A stretch of 64,000 bases of DNA from the NCBI GenBank assembly GCA_963721805.1, contig CAVRJY010000002.1, forward strand, positions 480,001 through 544,000, read 5' to 3'. Under the pieces are notes generated by a model that was given only the letters and a program-made list of their open reading frames with translations, ran no database searches and was not told the origin of the DNA. Source of the DNA: Nitrospirota bacterium (GTDB lineage Bacteria; Nitrospirota; Thermodesulfovibrionia; Thermodesulfovibrionales; JdFR-86). Positions 27,457 through 37,280 of the stretch are shown here, in pieces. The stretch's first letter is position 1; each line of letters starts with the position of its first letter. A program made the position numbers and the translations under genes.

Positions 27457-30278
27457 CCGCGTGTCCTCCTCAGTGTTGGCTTCATCTTCGTGATCTTGAG
27501 GACCCGCTCGCGCAGCTCCTCGGTATAGTGTATCAGGTCGTCCGGCCCCCGGTAGCCCATAAACCGCGCGGCCGATGCCGTCATATCGGCGGTGCGCTCG
27601 AGTACCGTCTCGCCTCCGAGCCTCATCAGCGTCAGGAGCGCCATCATGTGATTATGCGCGAGCCGCAGCGTCACGGCGCTCCTGCGGCTCAGGCTTCCGT
27701 GCCTCGCGAGACGGCGTATCGCCGCATCCGTGTTCTGCACGATCAGCGACGGGGCCTCCGGCGCGTTATGGAGCTGCAGCCACTGCACCAGAAACTCGAT
27801 CTCCCCGAGCCCTCCGGGGCCATACTTGATGTCCAGCCCCATCCGCTCGTCAGCGAGTTCCTTGATGATGCGGCCGCGCATCGCGTCTATCGCGGCCTTA
27901 GTGATATTTTGCGCCCGGTTGAGGATCGCCTGCCGGGCCATCTGCATGAAGCCCTGCGCGAGTTCGCAGTCCCCTGCCACGGGCCGGGCGCGCAGCAGCG
28001 CCTGCACCTCCCACTCCCCGGCCGGACCGAGGTAATAGTCGCGGTACCCGGCCAGGTCCTTGCATAGCACTCCCTTCGTCCCGTCAGGGCGGAGCCGCGT
28101 GTCTATCGAGTAGGCGATGCCGCGCGGGGTATACTCTCCAAGGGCTCTTATGATGTTCTCGGCCCACCTCGCGTTTGAGGGTTTTGTAGATACGAACACG
28201 AGGTCGAGGTCCGAGCCGACCGTGAGTTCGCGGCCGCCCCACCTGCCCATCGCTATCACCGCGCAGCCGCTCGGCGGGGCGAACCTCTTGGCCGCCGCCC
28301 TCATCACGAGGTCCGCCGCGTGCGAGAGCCTCCTTGAGAGCGCGTCCTGCGGTGTCTCCCCAAGCAGGAAGTGCATGCAGCCGCCGAGTTCCTCAGAGGC
28401 CCTGAACGATGCGGCCGCCTCAGGGAAGTCTACCTTGCCCTTGAGCATGCCATCCAAGGTCTTGCTGGCAGCTTCCACCGTGCGGCGGGCTGCGCTGTCC
28501 CCGGCCAGGCGCTCCAGGCTGCGCGGGTCGCTGGACAGCAGGCCCGATACGGCAGGGGCCATGGCCTGGAGTTTCACTATGCCGCGCATGAGCGCGGGAC
28601 TGGCAGAGAGCAGCCTGAGCCTCGCCTCACTCAGGCCTGTTGACGAGAGAAAACTTTCGATGCCCGATAGCGCGAGGTCGGGGTTCTCGGAGCCGAACGC
28701 ATCGTCGAGCATCGCCGGGACGACCTCTCTTGAGAGTTCGCGCTCTCGCATCGTAAGCGGCCGGTCCATCAGCTCGCGGAGCCTCGCAAGCGCTGACGCT
28801 CCGTCTTCCGGCCGCCTGAAGTGCTGGAGTTCGAGGTATCGAGCGAACTCGCGTTCGGTAAGAGCGCCGTCGAGCAGGCTGGCCGTCTCCAGCCCCCTGT
28901 CCTGCGCGGTGCCGAGGAGCGAGTTATAGATGCTCCGGATCTTCATTCTCCGCGTGCGGAGCTCGACCAGATAGTCCTCGACGCGGTGAAACCCCATATG
29001 CCTGCCCAGGGCCTCGATCTCGTGCGCGTCCTCCGGGATCTCGTATGTCTGGAGGTCGTCCTTCATCTGGAGGTGGTGCTCGGTGCGGCGCAGGAAGATG
29101 TAGCTCTCCCACAGGGATTCTATATCGCGGCCGGGCACGATCCCGAGCCAGCGCAGCGACTGCATCGCGTTAAATATGCGATAGGTGCGCAACGGCTCAT
29201 GGCGGTGGCCGTCGAGGAGCTGGCGGACCTGCACGAAGAACTCGGCCTCGCGTATGCCGCCATACCCGCGCTTGATGTCCCCGGTCCCGCCATGTCCGTC
29301 CATGCGTTTTTTTAGCGCGCGTATCTCTTCGAACTCCACGCGCCTGAAGGTCCTGTGCCAGACGAACGGCTCAATATCGGCCATGAACGTGCGGCCCACG
29401 CCCTCGTCCCCAGCCACCGGCCGCGCGCGTATCAGGGCGAGGCGCTCCCATGTGCGGCCGTAGGTCTTGTAGTACCGGCGGTATCCCTCGAGCGGCATCG
29501 CGAGCTCGCCGCGCTGGCCCTGGGGCCGGAGCCTCCAGTCCACGCGAAACGCGATCCCCTCCGAGGTGTTCCTTGAAAGCAGGGCCGAGGCGGTCTCGAC
29601 CACCTTGACGTGATACTCGTGCGACTCGATCCTTCCGGTGAGCACGCCGTTTGGGCCGGGCAGTCCGGACGTGCGTCCCGCGGGCCTGTCGTATACCGCG
29701 ATGAGGTCGATGTCCGAGCTGTAGTTAAGCTCCATCCCGCCCATCTTTCCAAGCGCGATGACGGCGATCCGCTCCCCACCGCGCCTGAGGCCGCCGTGGG
29801 CCGCGCGCACGAGGTGCCCGGCCATCTGAAACGCGGAGGAGACCGAGACCTCCGCAAGCGCGGTGAGCTCCTCCATAGAGGCGATTATATCGGCGCGGCC
29901 GGTGAGATAGCGGAGCGTTATGCAGAGCGTCTGGTAGCGCTTGAACGCGCGCAGGGTAGATGCGGCCTCATCCGGGCTCGCGGGCTCCGGGGTGAGGGAC
30001 TCGCGGGCCGATGCCCTGAGCCACTCGCCCCGCACCGGGCGGTCGATTGCCCCGACCGCGCTAAAGAGCGCTTCTGGGGATGAGGTCGCGTAATTGGTCA
30101 GGAACTGGCTTGCCGAGAAGAGTGCCGCGGACTCCGGCAGCGCGAGCAGGAAGCGCATCCTGTCGGCGTCCTCGAGGGTATCGGCCAGGCGGTTAAGCCC
30201 GCGCCCGGCTTTCTGCGGATCGGCCGTCCTCTGGCTGCAGAGGCTTATGCGCTGGGCCAGAAACTCGTCGATGAGCAC
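27453..30278 (-). CDS. glnE: Bifunctional GS adenylyltransferase/adenylyl-removing enzyme
   Basis: Two NT domains (ALGKMGGMELNYSSDIDL, AMGRWGGRELTVGSDLDL) and DxRLRP twice. Confidence 0.93.
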   Translation of the reverse strand: MLIDEFLAQRISLCSQRTADPQKAGRGLNRLADTLEDADRMRFLLALPESAALFSASQFLTNYATSSPEALFSAVGAIDRPVRGEWLRASARESLTPEPASPDEAASTLRAFKRYQTLCITLRYLTGRADIIASMEELTALAEVSVSSAFQMAGHLVRAAHGGLRRGGERIAVIALGKMGGMELNYSSDIDLIAVYDRPAGRTSGLPGPNGVLTGRIESHEYHVKVVETASALLSRNTSEGIAFRVDWRLRPQGQRGELAMPLEGYRRYYKTYGRTWERLALIRARPVAGDEGVGRTFMADIEPFVWHRTFRRVEFEEIRALKKRMDGHGGTGDIKRGYGGIREAEFFVQVRQLLDGHRHEPLRTYRIFNAMQSLRWLGIVPGRDIESLWESYIFLRRTEHHLQMKDDLQTYEIPEDAHEIEALGRHMGFHRVEDYLVELRTRRMKIRSIYNSLLGTAQDRGLETASLLDGALTEREFARYLELQHFRRPEDGASALARLRELMDRPLTMRERELSREVVPAMLDDAFGSENPDLALSGIESFLSSTGLSEARLRLLSASPALMRGIVKLQAMAPAVSGLLSSDPRSLERLAGDSAARRTVEAASKTLDGMLKGKVDFPEAAASFRASEELGGCMHFLLGETPQDALSRRLSHAADLVMRAAAKRFAPPSGCAVIAMGRWGGRELTVGSDLDLVFVSTKPSNARWAENIIRALGEYTPRGIAYSIDTRLRPDGTKGVLCKDLAGYRDYYLGPAGEWEVQALLRARPVAGDCELAQGFMQMARQAILNRAQNITKAAIDAMRGRIIKELADERMGLDIKYGPGGLGEIEFLVQWLQLHNAPEAPSLIVQNTDAAIRRLARHGSLSRRSAVTLRLAHNHMMALLTLMRLGGETVLERTADMTASAARFMGYRGPDDLIHYTEELRERVLKITKMKPTLRRTRG

Positions 30279-30307
30279 GCTGGAAGCGGCCCCCCTCCCT
30301 TGTCAGG

Positions 30308-31324
30308 CTAAAGTCTCTTCTGCAGTTCCTTTAGTTTGGCCGTGTGCTCATCGGACTGTAGCTGAAGCTTGACGACCTTGCCCTTGAGTTCCGGGGAGAC
30401 GCTGACGAAGAGCTTTGCCGGGTCCTTTATGAACCCGGACTTCATGATGTCGAGCGAGAGCGAGACCGCCTTGTTTAGGTCGATCTCGTCGCGCTGGGCG
30501 CGCTCCCGGATGCCGTTGATGTATTCGATCAGCGAGGTGACAGTATAAGTGGTCGTCTTGCCTTCCTCGAAGAAGGCTTCGCCGGCCAGCGCGCCGCCCT
30601 TGAGGTCTTTCAGTAAGCAGCAGTGCTCGTGTTTTTCGCGCGCCAGGGTCGACCATAACCCGGCATGCTCCGGGAACCGGCGCTCGAACGTCTCATAGAG
30701 CGCGGCCGTGAGGTTGTTGGCCTCGATGAGCTGTTCCATCAGCTTGAGCTTGTAGGGCTTGATCCCCGCGGCCTTGGCCAGCTCCGCGGTCTTTTCCTGC
30801 TCCGGCGTGTCGGCCGGTTTCGCCGCCGGTTCAGCGGATCCGCCTGACCCCCATGAAGCTGGCAGCGGGACGCCGCGCTTGCCGGCGAGGTTGCTGAGCA
30901 TCAGCGTGTGCTCCTTGTCCGAGGAGGCCAGGGCGCTTATCAGCGGGGCCACCTCGGGGTTGGACTTCGCGATCAGGTTCGTATAGTGGTACTCCAGCGA
31001 GTTGACCTTCAGATCGAGGGTGAAAGCCACCGCCTCATCGAGCGTCGGCGGGGTGGGCGACTTCAGGATCGACTCGATCCTGCTCAGGACGCTGTCGACG
31101 GCCGAGACGTCGATCTCGACGTCCTTGAACAAGTTGCGGTTGCGGCGCACCATCCTCGTCTGGTATGCGACGATGTCGCACTGGTACTTCTCGTCGAGCG
31201 CGAGCGTATAGAACATACCGGCGGCCTCGCGGTCGTCTATAAAGAGCTTGTTGTAATAGTCATAGAGCGCCTGAACCCTGCTTTCGAGGTGCCCGAGGAC
31301 GTCGAATGCCTTGAGGATGTCCAT
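30308..31324 (-). CDS. Protein with two tandem ferritin/rubrerythrin-like domains
   Basis: Two four-helix repeats with ExxH-like motifs (DKEH, EKHEH, DEH) joined by an Ala/Pro linker. Confidence 0.65.
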   Translation of the reverse strand: MDILKAFDVLGHLESRVQALYDYYNKLFIDDREAAGMFYTLALDEKYQCDIVAYQTRMVRRNRNLFKDVEIDVSAVDSVLSRIESILKSPTPPTLDEAVAFTLDLKVNSLEYHYTNLIAKSNPEVAPLISALASSDKEHTLMLSNLAGKRGVPLPASWGSGGSAEPAAKPADTPEQEKTAELAKAAGIKPYKLKLMEQLIEANNLTAALYETFERRFPEHAGLWSTLAREKHEHCCLLKDLKGGALAGEAFFEEGKTTTYTVTSLIEYINGIRERAQRDEIDLNKAVSLSLDIMKSGFIKDPAKLFVSVSPELKGKVVKLQLQSDEHTAKLKELQKRL

Positions 31325-31431
31325 TTTTTAAGCGTATCCTTTCGAGCTTGCGGTGCCTGAGGCTAAATTATATCTCAAAGGGGGGAGCAAAGCGAGTTAT
31401 TAACTCATAAACAATTATTTAAGCAAATCTT

Positions 31432-32583
31432 TCAGCCAGCCCGCAGGAAACTCCGCCCGCCCATATCAGCGATCCCCAGGATGCCGGCCACGGTCGCGCC
31501 GAGGTCCCAAAACCCGTCGCGGACGCCGAGGTCCCGGCCGGCGTCGCCCCTGTGATAGAAAAGCACCGGCACGTACTCGCGCGAATGGTCGGTGCTCGGA
31601 GTGGTGGGGTCGCAGCCGTGGTCCGCGGTGACGAACAGGTAGTCCTCGGCGCCGAGGAGCGGCAGCACTCCGGCAAGCCAGGCGTCGAACTCGGCAAGCG
31701 CGGCGTAATATCCGCGCACATCGTTTCTATGCCCGTAAAGCGTGTCGAAGTCCACGAGGTTCGCAAACACGATCCCCGAGCCGAATTGGCCTATCAGTTC
31801 CGCTATCTTCCGCATGCCCTCCGCGTTGCCCGCGTATTTGATCATCTCGTCAAACCCGTGGCCGTCGAACATATCCATCACCTTGCCGACCGATACCACC
31901 CGGTATCTCGCGGCCTGCGCGTTATCGAGCACGCTGGGATGCGGGGGCGCGACGGGGAAGTCCCTGCGGCGGTATGTGCGCACGTAGGGCGGCCCGACGA
32001 ACGGACGCGCGATTACGCGGCAGACGTTATGCGGCGGTTTGAGGATGTCGCGCGCGATCAGGCAGATGCGGTAAAGCTCGTCTACCGGGACGACCTCCTC
32101 GTGGGCCGCGATCTGAAACACGCTGTCGCCGGAGGTATAGACGATAAGGTCCCCTGTGCGGACGTGCTCGTCGCCGAACTCCTTTATGATCTCGGTCCCG
32201 GATGCGGGCCTGTTAGCGAGAACGCCACGGCCTGTCCTGCGCCTGAATTCGTCGATGACCTCGGCCGGGAAGCCGCGAGGGTAGGTGGGGAAGGGATTTT
32301 TGTTTACGATGCCCATCATCTCCCAGTGGCCGGTGATCGTGTCCTTGCCGTTTGAAAGCTCCCGCATCCTGCCCCACGAGGCCAGAGGGCGCTCGACGCG
32401 GGCCACGCCCTCGATTTCGATGATGTTGCCAAGCCCCATAGACTGAAGGCACGGGAGCGTCATGCCGCCCACCGCGCGGGCCATGTTGCCAAGCGTGTTG
32501 CTGCCCTCGTCGCCGTACTGAGCGGCATCGGGCATCTCGCCCGCCCCGAGGCTGTCCAGCACTATTATGAATACCCTGGGCAT
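31432..32583 (-). CDS. deoB: Phosphopentomutase
   Basis: IVLDSLG, GKDTITGHWE, NLVDFD...GHR and TADHGCDPT...DHSRE. Confidence 0.96.
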   Translation of the reverse strand: MPRVFIIVLDSLGAGEMPDAAQYGDEGSNTLGNMARAVGGMTLPCLQSMGLGNIIEIEGVARVERPLASWGRMRELSNGKDTITGHWEMMGIVNKNPFPTYPRGFPAEVIDEFRRRTGRGVLANRPASGTEIIKEFGDEHVRTGDLIVYTSGDSVFQIAAHEEVVPVDELYRICLIARDILKPPHNVCRVIARPFVGPPYVRTYRRRDFPVAPPHPSVLDNAQAARYRVVSVGKVMDMFDGHGFDEMIKYAGNAEGMRKIAELIGQFGSGIVFANLVDFDTLYGHRNDVRGYYAALAEFDAWLAGVLPLLGAEDYLFVTADHGCDPTTPSTDHSREYVPVLFYHRGDAGRDLGVRDGFWDLGATVAGILGIADMGGRSFLRAG

Positions 32584-32625
32584 AGGGATTGATTTTACAT
32601 CTCGCGAGGCAAGGTATTCAATTGC

Positions 32626-33474
32626 TCAGTCCTGGGCGTCCCAGAGGCGGGGGTCGAGCGCGTCGCGGAGCCCCTCGCCGACGAGGTTATAGCTGAGCAC
32701 TGTTACCAGTATCGCGAGGCCCGGAAATACCGAGAGCCACCACGCGACCTCGATATGGTTCTTGCCCGAGGTAAGTATGTTGCCCCAGCTCGGGGAGGGC
32801 GGCTGCACGCCCAAGCCCAGAAACGACAGGCTCGATTCAATTAGTATCGCCCCGGCCACTCCAAACGTGGCCGAGACGAAGACCGGGGAGAGCGTGTTCG
32901 GCAATATATGCCTGAAAATGAGCCTCAGATCGCCCGCACCCGAGGCCCGCGCGGCCGCGACGAAGTCGCGCTCCTTCATGCCCAGAAACTCGGCCCGCAC
33001 GAGCCGCGCCACGTCCATCCATCCGGTGACGCCTATGACGACCATGATCGTCGAGAGGCTCGGCTCGAGTATCGCGATCACCGCGAGGATCAGAAAGAAG
33101 GTCGGGAACGTGAGCATCACGTCGACGAACCGCATCAGCACCGCGTCGACCTTGCCGCCATAATAGCCCGCGAGCGAGCCTATGGAAACACCGATGGTTA
33201 TCGCGATGCCCACGGCAATGAAACCGACCTTCAGCGATACGCGCGAGCCCCAGATCATGCGCGAGAGCACGTCGCGGCCGAGTTCGTCCGTGCCGAAAGG
33301 GTGGTGCGCGTCAGGCGCGGCCAGTATGTTGTCGACGTCTATGTGCGTGGGGTCGAAGGGCGCGATCAGCGGGGCCGCGAGCGCGACGACAGCAAGTATG
33401 AGTATCGTCACCGCCGCTGCGCTTGAGAGCGGGTTTTTGCGGAAGCGGTGCCATATGAGCGAGCGGAGCCTCAT
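32626..33474 (-). CDS. Oligopeptide/dipeptide ABC permease (DppC/OppC)
   Basis: [11 protein letters not shown] and the EAA loop [10 protein letters not shown]. Confidence 0.93.
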   Translation of the reverse strand: MRLRSLIWHRFRKNPLSSAAAVTILILAVVALAAPLIAPFDPTHIDVDNILAAPDAHHPFGTDELGRDVLSRMIWGSRVSLKVGFIAVGIAITIGVSIGSLAGYYGGKVDAVLMRFVDVMLTFPTFFLILAVIAILEPSLSTIMVVIGVTGWMDVARLVRAEFLGMKERDFVAAARASGAGDLRLIFRHILPNTLSPVFVSATFGVAGAILIESSLSFLGLGVQPPSPSWGNILTSGKNHIEVAWWLSVFPGLAILVTVLSYNLVGEGLRDALDPRLWDAQD

Positions 33475-34451
33475 CCGCGGCCCCTCACGCGTATGCGCGG
33501 GTCGATGAGGGCGTAAGAGATGTCAGCGATCAGGTTTCCGATGAGCGTAAGCGCCGCGCCGATCACGAGTATCCCCATGATCGTCGGATAGTCGCGCGAC
33601 ATGGTCGAGGAATAAAACAGCTGCCCCATGCCGGGTATGGCGAAGATCGTCTCGAATATCACGCTCCCTCCGATCAGGCCCGGCACCGAGAGGCCGAGTA
33701 TCGTGACTATCGGCATCAGCGCGTTACGAAGCGCATGGCGCACGATGACCGTCCGCTCGCTCAGGCCCTTGGCGCGCGCGGTGCGGATGTAGTCTTGGCG
33801 TATGACCTCGAGCATGCTCGAGCGGCTGTAGCGCGAGAGCCCGGCTATCCCGCCGAAGGCCGAGACCCCGACCGGGAGTATCAGGTGGCGGCCGATGTCG
33901 AGGCCCTTTTGGACGAGGTTCATCCCCGAGGTGTCGATGCTGCGGAAGCCGGAGATCGGCAGTATGCCCATATAGACCCCGAACAGTATCATGCACAGAA
34001 GCGCGAGCCAGAACGTGGGGGTCGAAAATCCTATGAAGACGACCATAGTCGATATCCGGTCAAAGAGCGAGTGCTGCCTGACGGCCGAAAGGACTCCAAG
34101 AGGGATCGCGATTATGAATATGAGCGCGAGGCCGAGCAGGTTTATCGTGAGGGTTATGGGAATGGTCTCTGCGATCTTCTCTATAACCGGGCGGCCGTCG
34201 ACGAACGAGGTCCCGAAGTCGAGCCTCGCGAACCTCCCGAGCCACGCGGCGTACTGCTCGTGCAGCGGCTTGTCGAGCCCGTAGAGGCGTTTCAAGTTCT
34301 CCCTCGCCTCGGCCGAACTCTTATATGACATCTCGGTCTGGACCTCGACAGGCCCGCCGGGCGCCAGGTGTATGACCGAGAACGTGATGAGCGTGATCCC
34401 GAAAAACAGCGGGACCATCATCAGGAGGCGCTTTAATATATACTCGCGCAT
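33471..34451 (-). CDS. Oligopeptide/dipeptide ABC permease (DppB/OppB)
   Basis: [21 protein letters not shown] and RDYP. Confidence 0.93.
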   Translation of the reverse strand: MREYILKRLLMMVPLFFGITLITFSVIHLAPGGPVEVQTEMSYKSSAEARENLKRLYGLDKPLHEQYAAWLGRFARLDFGTSFVDGRPVIEKIAETIPITLTINLLGLALIFIIAIPLGVLSAVRQHSLFDRISTMVVFIGFSTPTFWLALLCMILFGVYMGILPISGFRSIDTSGMNLVQKGLDIGRHLILPVGVSAFGGIAGLSRYSRSSMLEVIRQDYIRTARAKGLSERTVIVRHALRNALMPIVTILGLSVPGLIGGSVIFETIFAIPGMGQLFYSSTMSRDYPTIMGILVIGAALTLIGNLIADISYALIDPRIRVRGRG

Positions 34452-34463
34452 TACGCTATTTTA

Positions 34464-37280
34464 CTATAACTCGACGACCAGCGGCCTGTGCGTCAGTACG
34501 AGATACGCTCGCGAGGGCAGGCCGAAGAGCTTCGCGGCGGCCTCCTTATAAAGCGTAAGCTGGGGCCGGTACTGCTCCCTGATGGCCGGGATCTCCGGGT
34601 CTCCGGCCGGGAAGGTCTTATAGTCATAAACATGGGCGGTGCCGTCTTTTATCACCAGCCGGTCGATCCGGCCGCTGTAGATGAACTTCCCTTTCTCCAA
34701 TACGAAAGGCAGCTCGCTGTGCGCGCCCGGCTGAGGCATCACTATCTCATCGAGAAGACCGTCGCGGTCCATGCGTGTGATGTCCTCGATGACCATCCCG
34801 AGCCGGTCCATCGCGGCCGCGTTCTCCTCGGCAAGCAGCCGTGCGGCTCGCGCGGGTATGCCGGCCTTGTCGATGATCCCGCCTGAGAGCTCGTCAAACA
34901 GGACGTGCACCACCCGGCCGACCGCCACGCCGTGCTCCCCATGGCGGCGCCTGATGAAATTCACGTCCTCCTCGGTTACGTCGCGCCACTTCTTCGGCGG
35001 TTCGTATTCGATAGGGTCCGTATGCACCGGGATGTCCTTAAGCGGCCTGCGGCGTGCGCGCTTCAGGGGCCCTTCCTTTGCGATCTCGGGTATCTCGGCC
35101 TCGGTCAGGAGCTCGAAGGGATAGGGCGTCAGCCCCGGGTGCGCGAGGTCGAAGGCCGCGTGAATCCACCCCAGCGCGCCGGGGTATTTCGGGTTGCCCT
35201 TGCTGTCGGCACCCGCTGCGCCGATCAGCGTGAGCGAGTCCATCGCCCTCGTGACAGCGACGTACAGCAGTCGCTTCTCCTCCTCCTCGGCTTTGGCCCT
35301 CAGGAGGTCGAAGAGCGGGTGGCCCCTTCTCTTTGCGCTGTCTTCCTCTATCGCGAGCTCTACCGGGCCGTACTCGTCGTCGACCGCGACCGGCCCGCTC
35401 CTGCCCGGGCCGCTGTCGTCCAGCGACGGGAAAAACACGTACGGAAACTGCAAGCCCTTGGCCGCGTGCACGGTCATGATCCGCACCGCGTCCATGTCCT
35501 CTGTGTTGATGTTCGCGCGCGGTATCTCGCGGCGGCCCCTCAAGCGGATCAGGGCCTCGCGGACCTCCAATGCGGAGCTGCCCCCCGCCTCGTACCCCTC
35601 AACGAGCGTGATGAATTTCTTGATGTTGGCCCGCCGCTCCGGCTCGGCAAACGCCTCCCAGCCCCGCGTGCGGAGCATCAGGGATTCGATCAGCAAGCCA
35701 AGCGGCACCGAAGGCGCATCCAGAAGCAGAGAGTCTATCACAGCTACGGCGTGCATGATGTCTTTCAGCGCGGAGCCTCGCATCCGCTCAAGCAGGCTCA
35801 CGCCCTCGGGCGCGTGCATCAATAGCCCTTCAAGCCGCTTGGCGTGCATCCCTAAAAGCGGCGAGCGCAGCAGGCAAAAAAGCGCATAGTCGTCCGACGG
35901 GTCCGCGATGAACGAGACGAACTCCCTGAGCATCGCGGTCTCGGGCTCGTCGAAGAACCCTATGCCCTTGAGCACCACATACGGAATGCCGTGGCTGCGC
36001 AGCTCGTCCTCGATCAACCCAAGATGCGTCCGGCCCCTAAGCAGTATCGCGATGTCCTTGTATGCCACAGGCCGCGGCGTCTCGTCCTCGATGACCGGCC
36101 GCTTCGCCTCGAGCTTGGAGCGGATCATCCGGGCCATCAGGCTGGCCTCGCGGGTGCGGAGCTCGTGCTTCCTGCTGTCTTCGGCCCGCATCAGCACGAG
36201 CTCGACCGAGCCACGGCCCGTGCGCGTCGGCTCAAACGGAGAGTAAGTCGTGCGCCACTGCTCGGGCTGATCGGGCGGCATCAGGCAGCTAAAGAGCGTG
36301 TTCGTAAAATCGATGATCTGCGGCAGGCTCCGGTAGTTTTCGCGCGCCTCGAAGTATTCGTATTCCTCCCCGAGCCACTCGTCAAAGAGCGCGCGTGCGC
36401 GTTTAAACACGCTGGGGTTGCCGCCCCTGAACATATAGATCGACTGCTTGACGTCGCCTACCAAAAAAACGGTCGGCGTGCGCCCTAGTTCGCGCTTCGC
36501 GCCCATCCCGGCCCGCCACTCCTCGGTGAGCTTCTCCAGTATCAGCCACTGCAGCGAGCTCGTGTCCTGAAACTCGTCCACCAGTATGTGGTCCGTGTGC
36601 TCGTCGAAGGAGTACAGGACGTTTGCCCACTCTGGGTTTTGGAGCAGGGCGCGGTAGGCCATGAGTTCGAGGTCGTTGAAGTCCACCTGATGGCGGAGGG
36701 ACTTCTTGCGGTTATAGATATCGAGGCATGCGAGGTATGCCTCGACGAAGGGCGTTGCCGGGGCCTCGCGCAGCATTTCTACAAACAGCCTCTGGCGGTG
36801 CAGGCCGTCGAGCACGCGCACGACCCTGCCCCAGCCCTTCAGTCCCCGCTCGGTGATCAGGCCGCTAAGCGCGGTGCCTCGCTCGCGCTCCGCCCTGAAG
36901 TGCTCATACACCGACTCCTGCCAGAGGGCCGAGGCCGTCAGCTCGTCTATGATATCCGCGGCCGGGTCGAGCCCTAGCTCGAAGGAGAACCTTCTTAACA
37001 GCTTCAGGCAAAACGAGTGTATCGTCGATATGCGCATCAGCGGCACGCGCGGCATGAGGCGGGCTAACTCCTCGGGAGTCTCCCGCCGCATGATATCGAG
37101 GATGCGGCCCTTCATCTCGGCCGCCGCCTTCTCGGTAAACGTTATGCAGAGTATCCGCTCGAGCGGCGTGCCGTCGGCCAGAAGCGCGATATACCGCCGC
37201 GCGAGCTTCTCGGTCTTGCCCGATCCCGCGGGGGACGAGATGATGACGCTCCGGTTGGTGTCCAGATAGGTTTCGCTCAT
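34464..37280 (-). CDS. addA: AddA-like UvrD helicase-nuclease
   Basis: AGSGKT, VDEFQDT, GDVKQSIY, MTVHAAKGLQF, LYVAVTRA and C-terminal GRIDRL...DYKT. Confidence 0.88.
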   Translation of the reverse strand: MSETYLDTNRSVIISSPAGSGKTEKLARRYIALLADGTPLERILCITFTEKAAAEMKGRILDIMRRETPEELARLMPRVPLMRISTIHSFCLKLLRRFSFELGLDPAADIIDELTASALWQESVYEHFRAERERGTALSGLITERGLKGWGRVVRVLDGLHRQRLFVEMLREAPATPFVEAYLACLDIYNRKKSLRHQVDFNDLELMAYRALLQNPEWANVLYSFDEHTDHILVDEFQDTSSLQWLILEKLTEEWRAGMGAKRELGRTPTVFLVGDVKQSIYMFRGGNPSVFKRARALFDEWLGEEYEYFEARENYRSLPQIIDFTNTLFSCLMPPDQPEQWRTTYSPFEPTRTGRGSVELVLMRAEDSRKHELRTREASLMARMIRSKLEAKRPVIEDETPRPVAYKDIAILLRGRTHLGLIEDELRSHGIPYVVLKGIGFFDEPETAMLREFVSFIADPSDDYALFCLLRSPLLGMHAKRLEGLLMHAPEGVSLLERMRGSALKDIMHAVAVIDSLLLDAPSVPLGLLIESLMLRTRGWEAFAEPERRANIKKFITLVEGYEAGGSSALEVREALIRLRGRREIPRANINTEDMDAVRIMTVHAAKGLQFPYVFFPSLDDSGPGRSGPVAVDDEYGPVELAIEEDSAKRRGHPLFDLLRAKAEEEEKRLLYVAVTRAMDSLTLIGAAGADSKGNPKYPGALGWIHAAFDLAHPGLTPYPFELLTEAEIPEIAKEGPLKRARRRPLKDIPVHTDPIEYEPPKKWRDVTEEDVNFIRRRHGEHGVAVGRVVHVLFDELSGGIIDKAGIPARAARLLAEENAAAMDRLGMVIEDITRMDRDGLLDEIVMPQPGAHSELPFVLEKGKFIYSGRIDRLVIKDGTAHVYDYKTFPAGDPEIPAIREQYRPQLTLYKEAAAKLFGLPSRAYLVLTHRPLVVEL

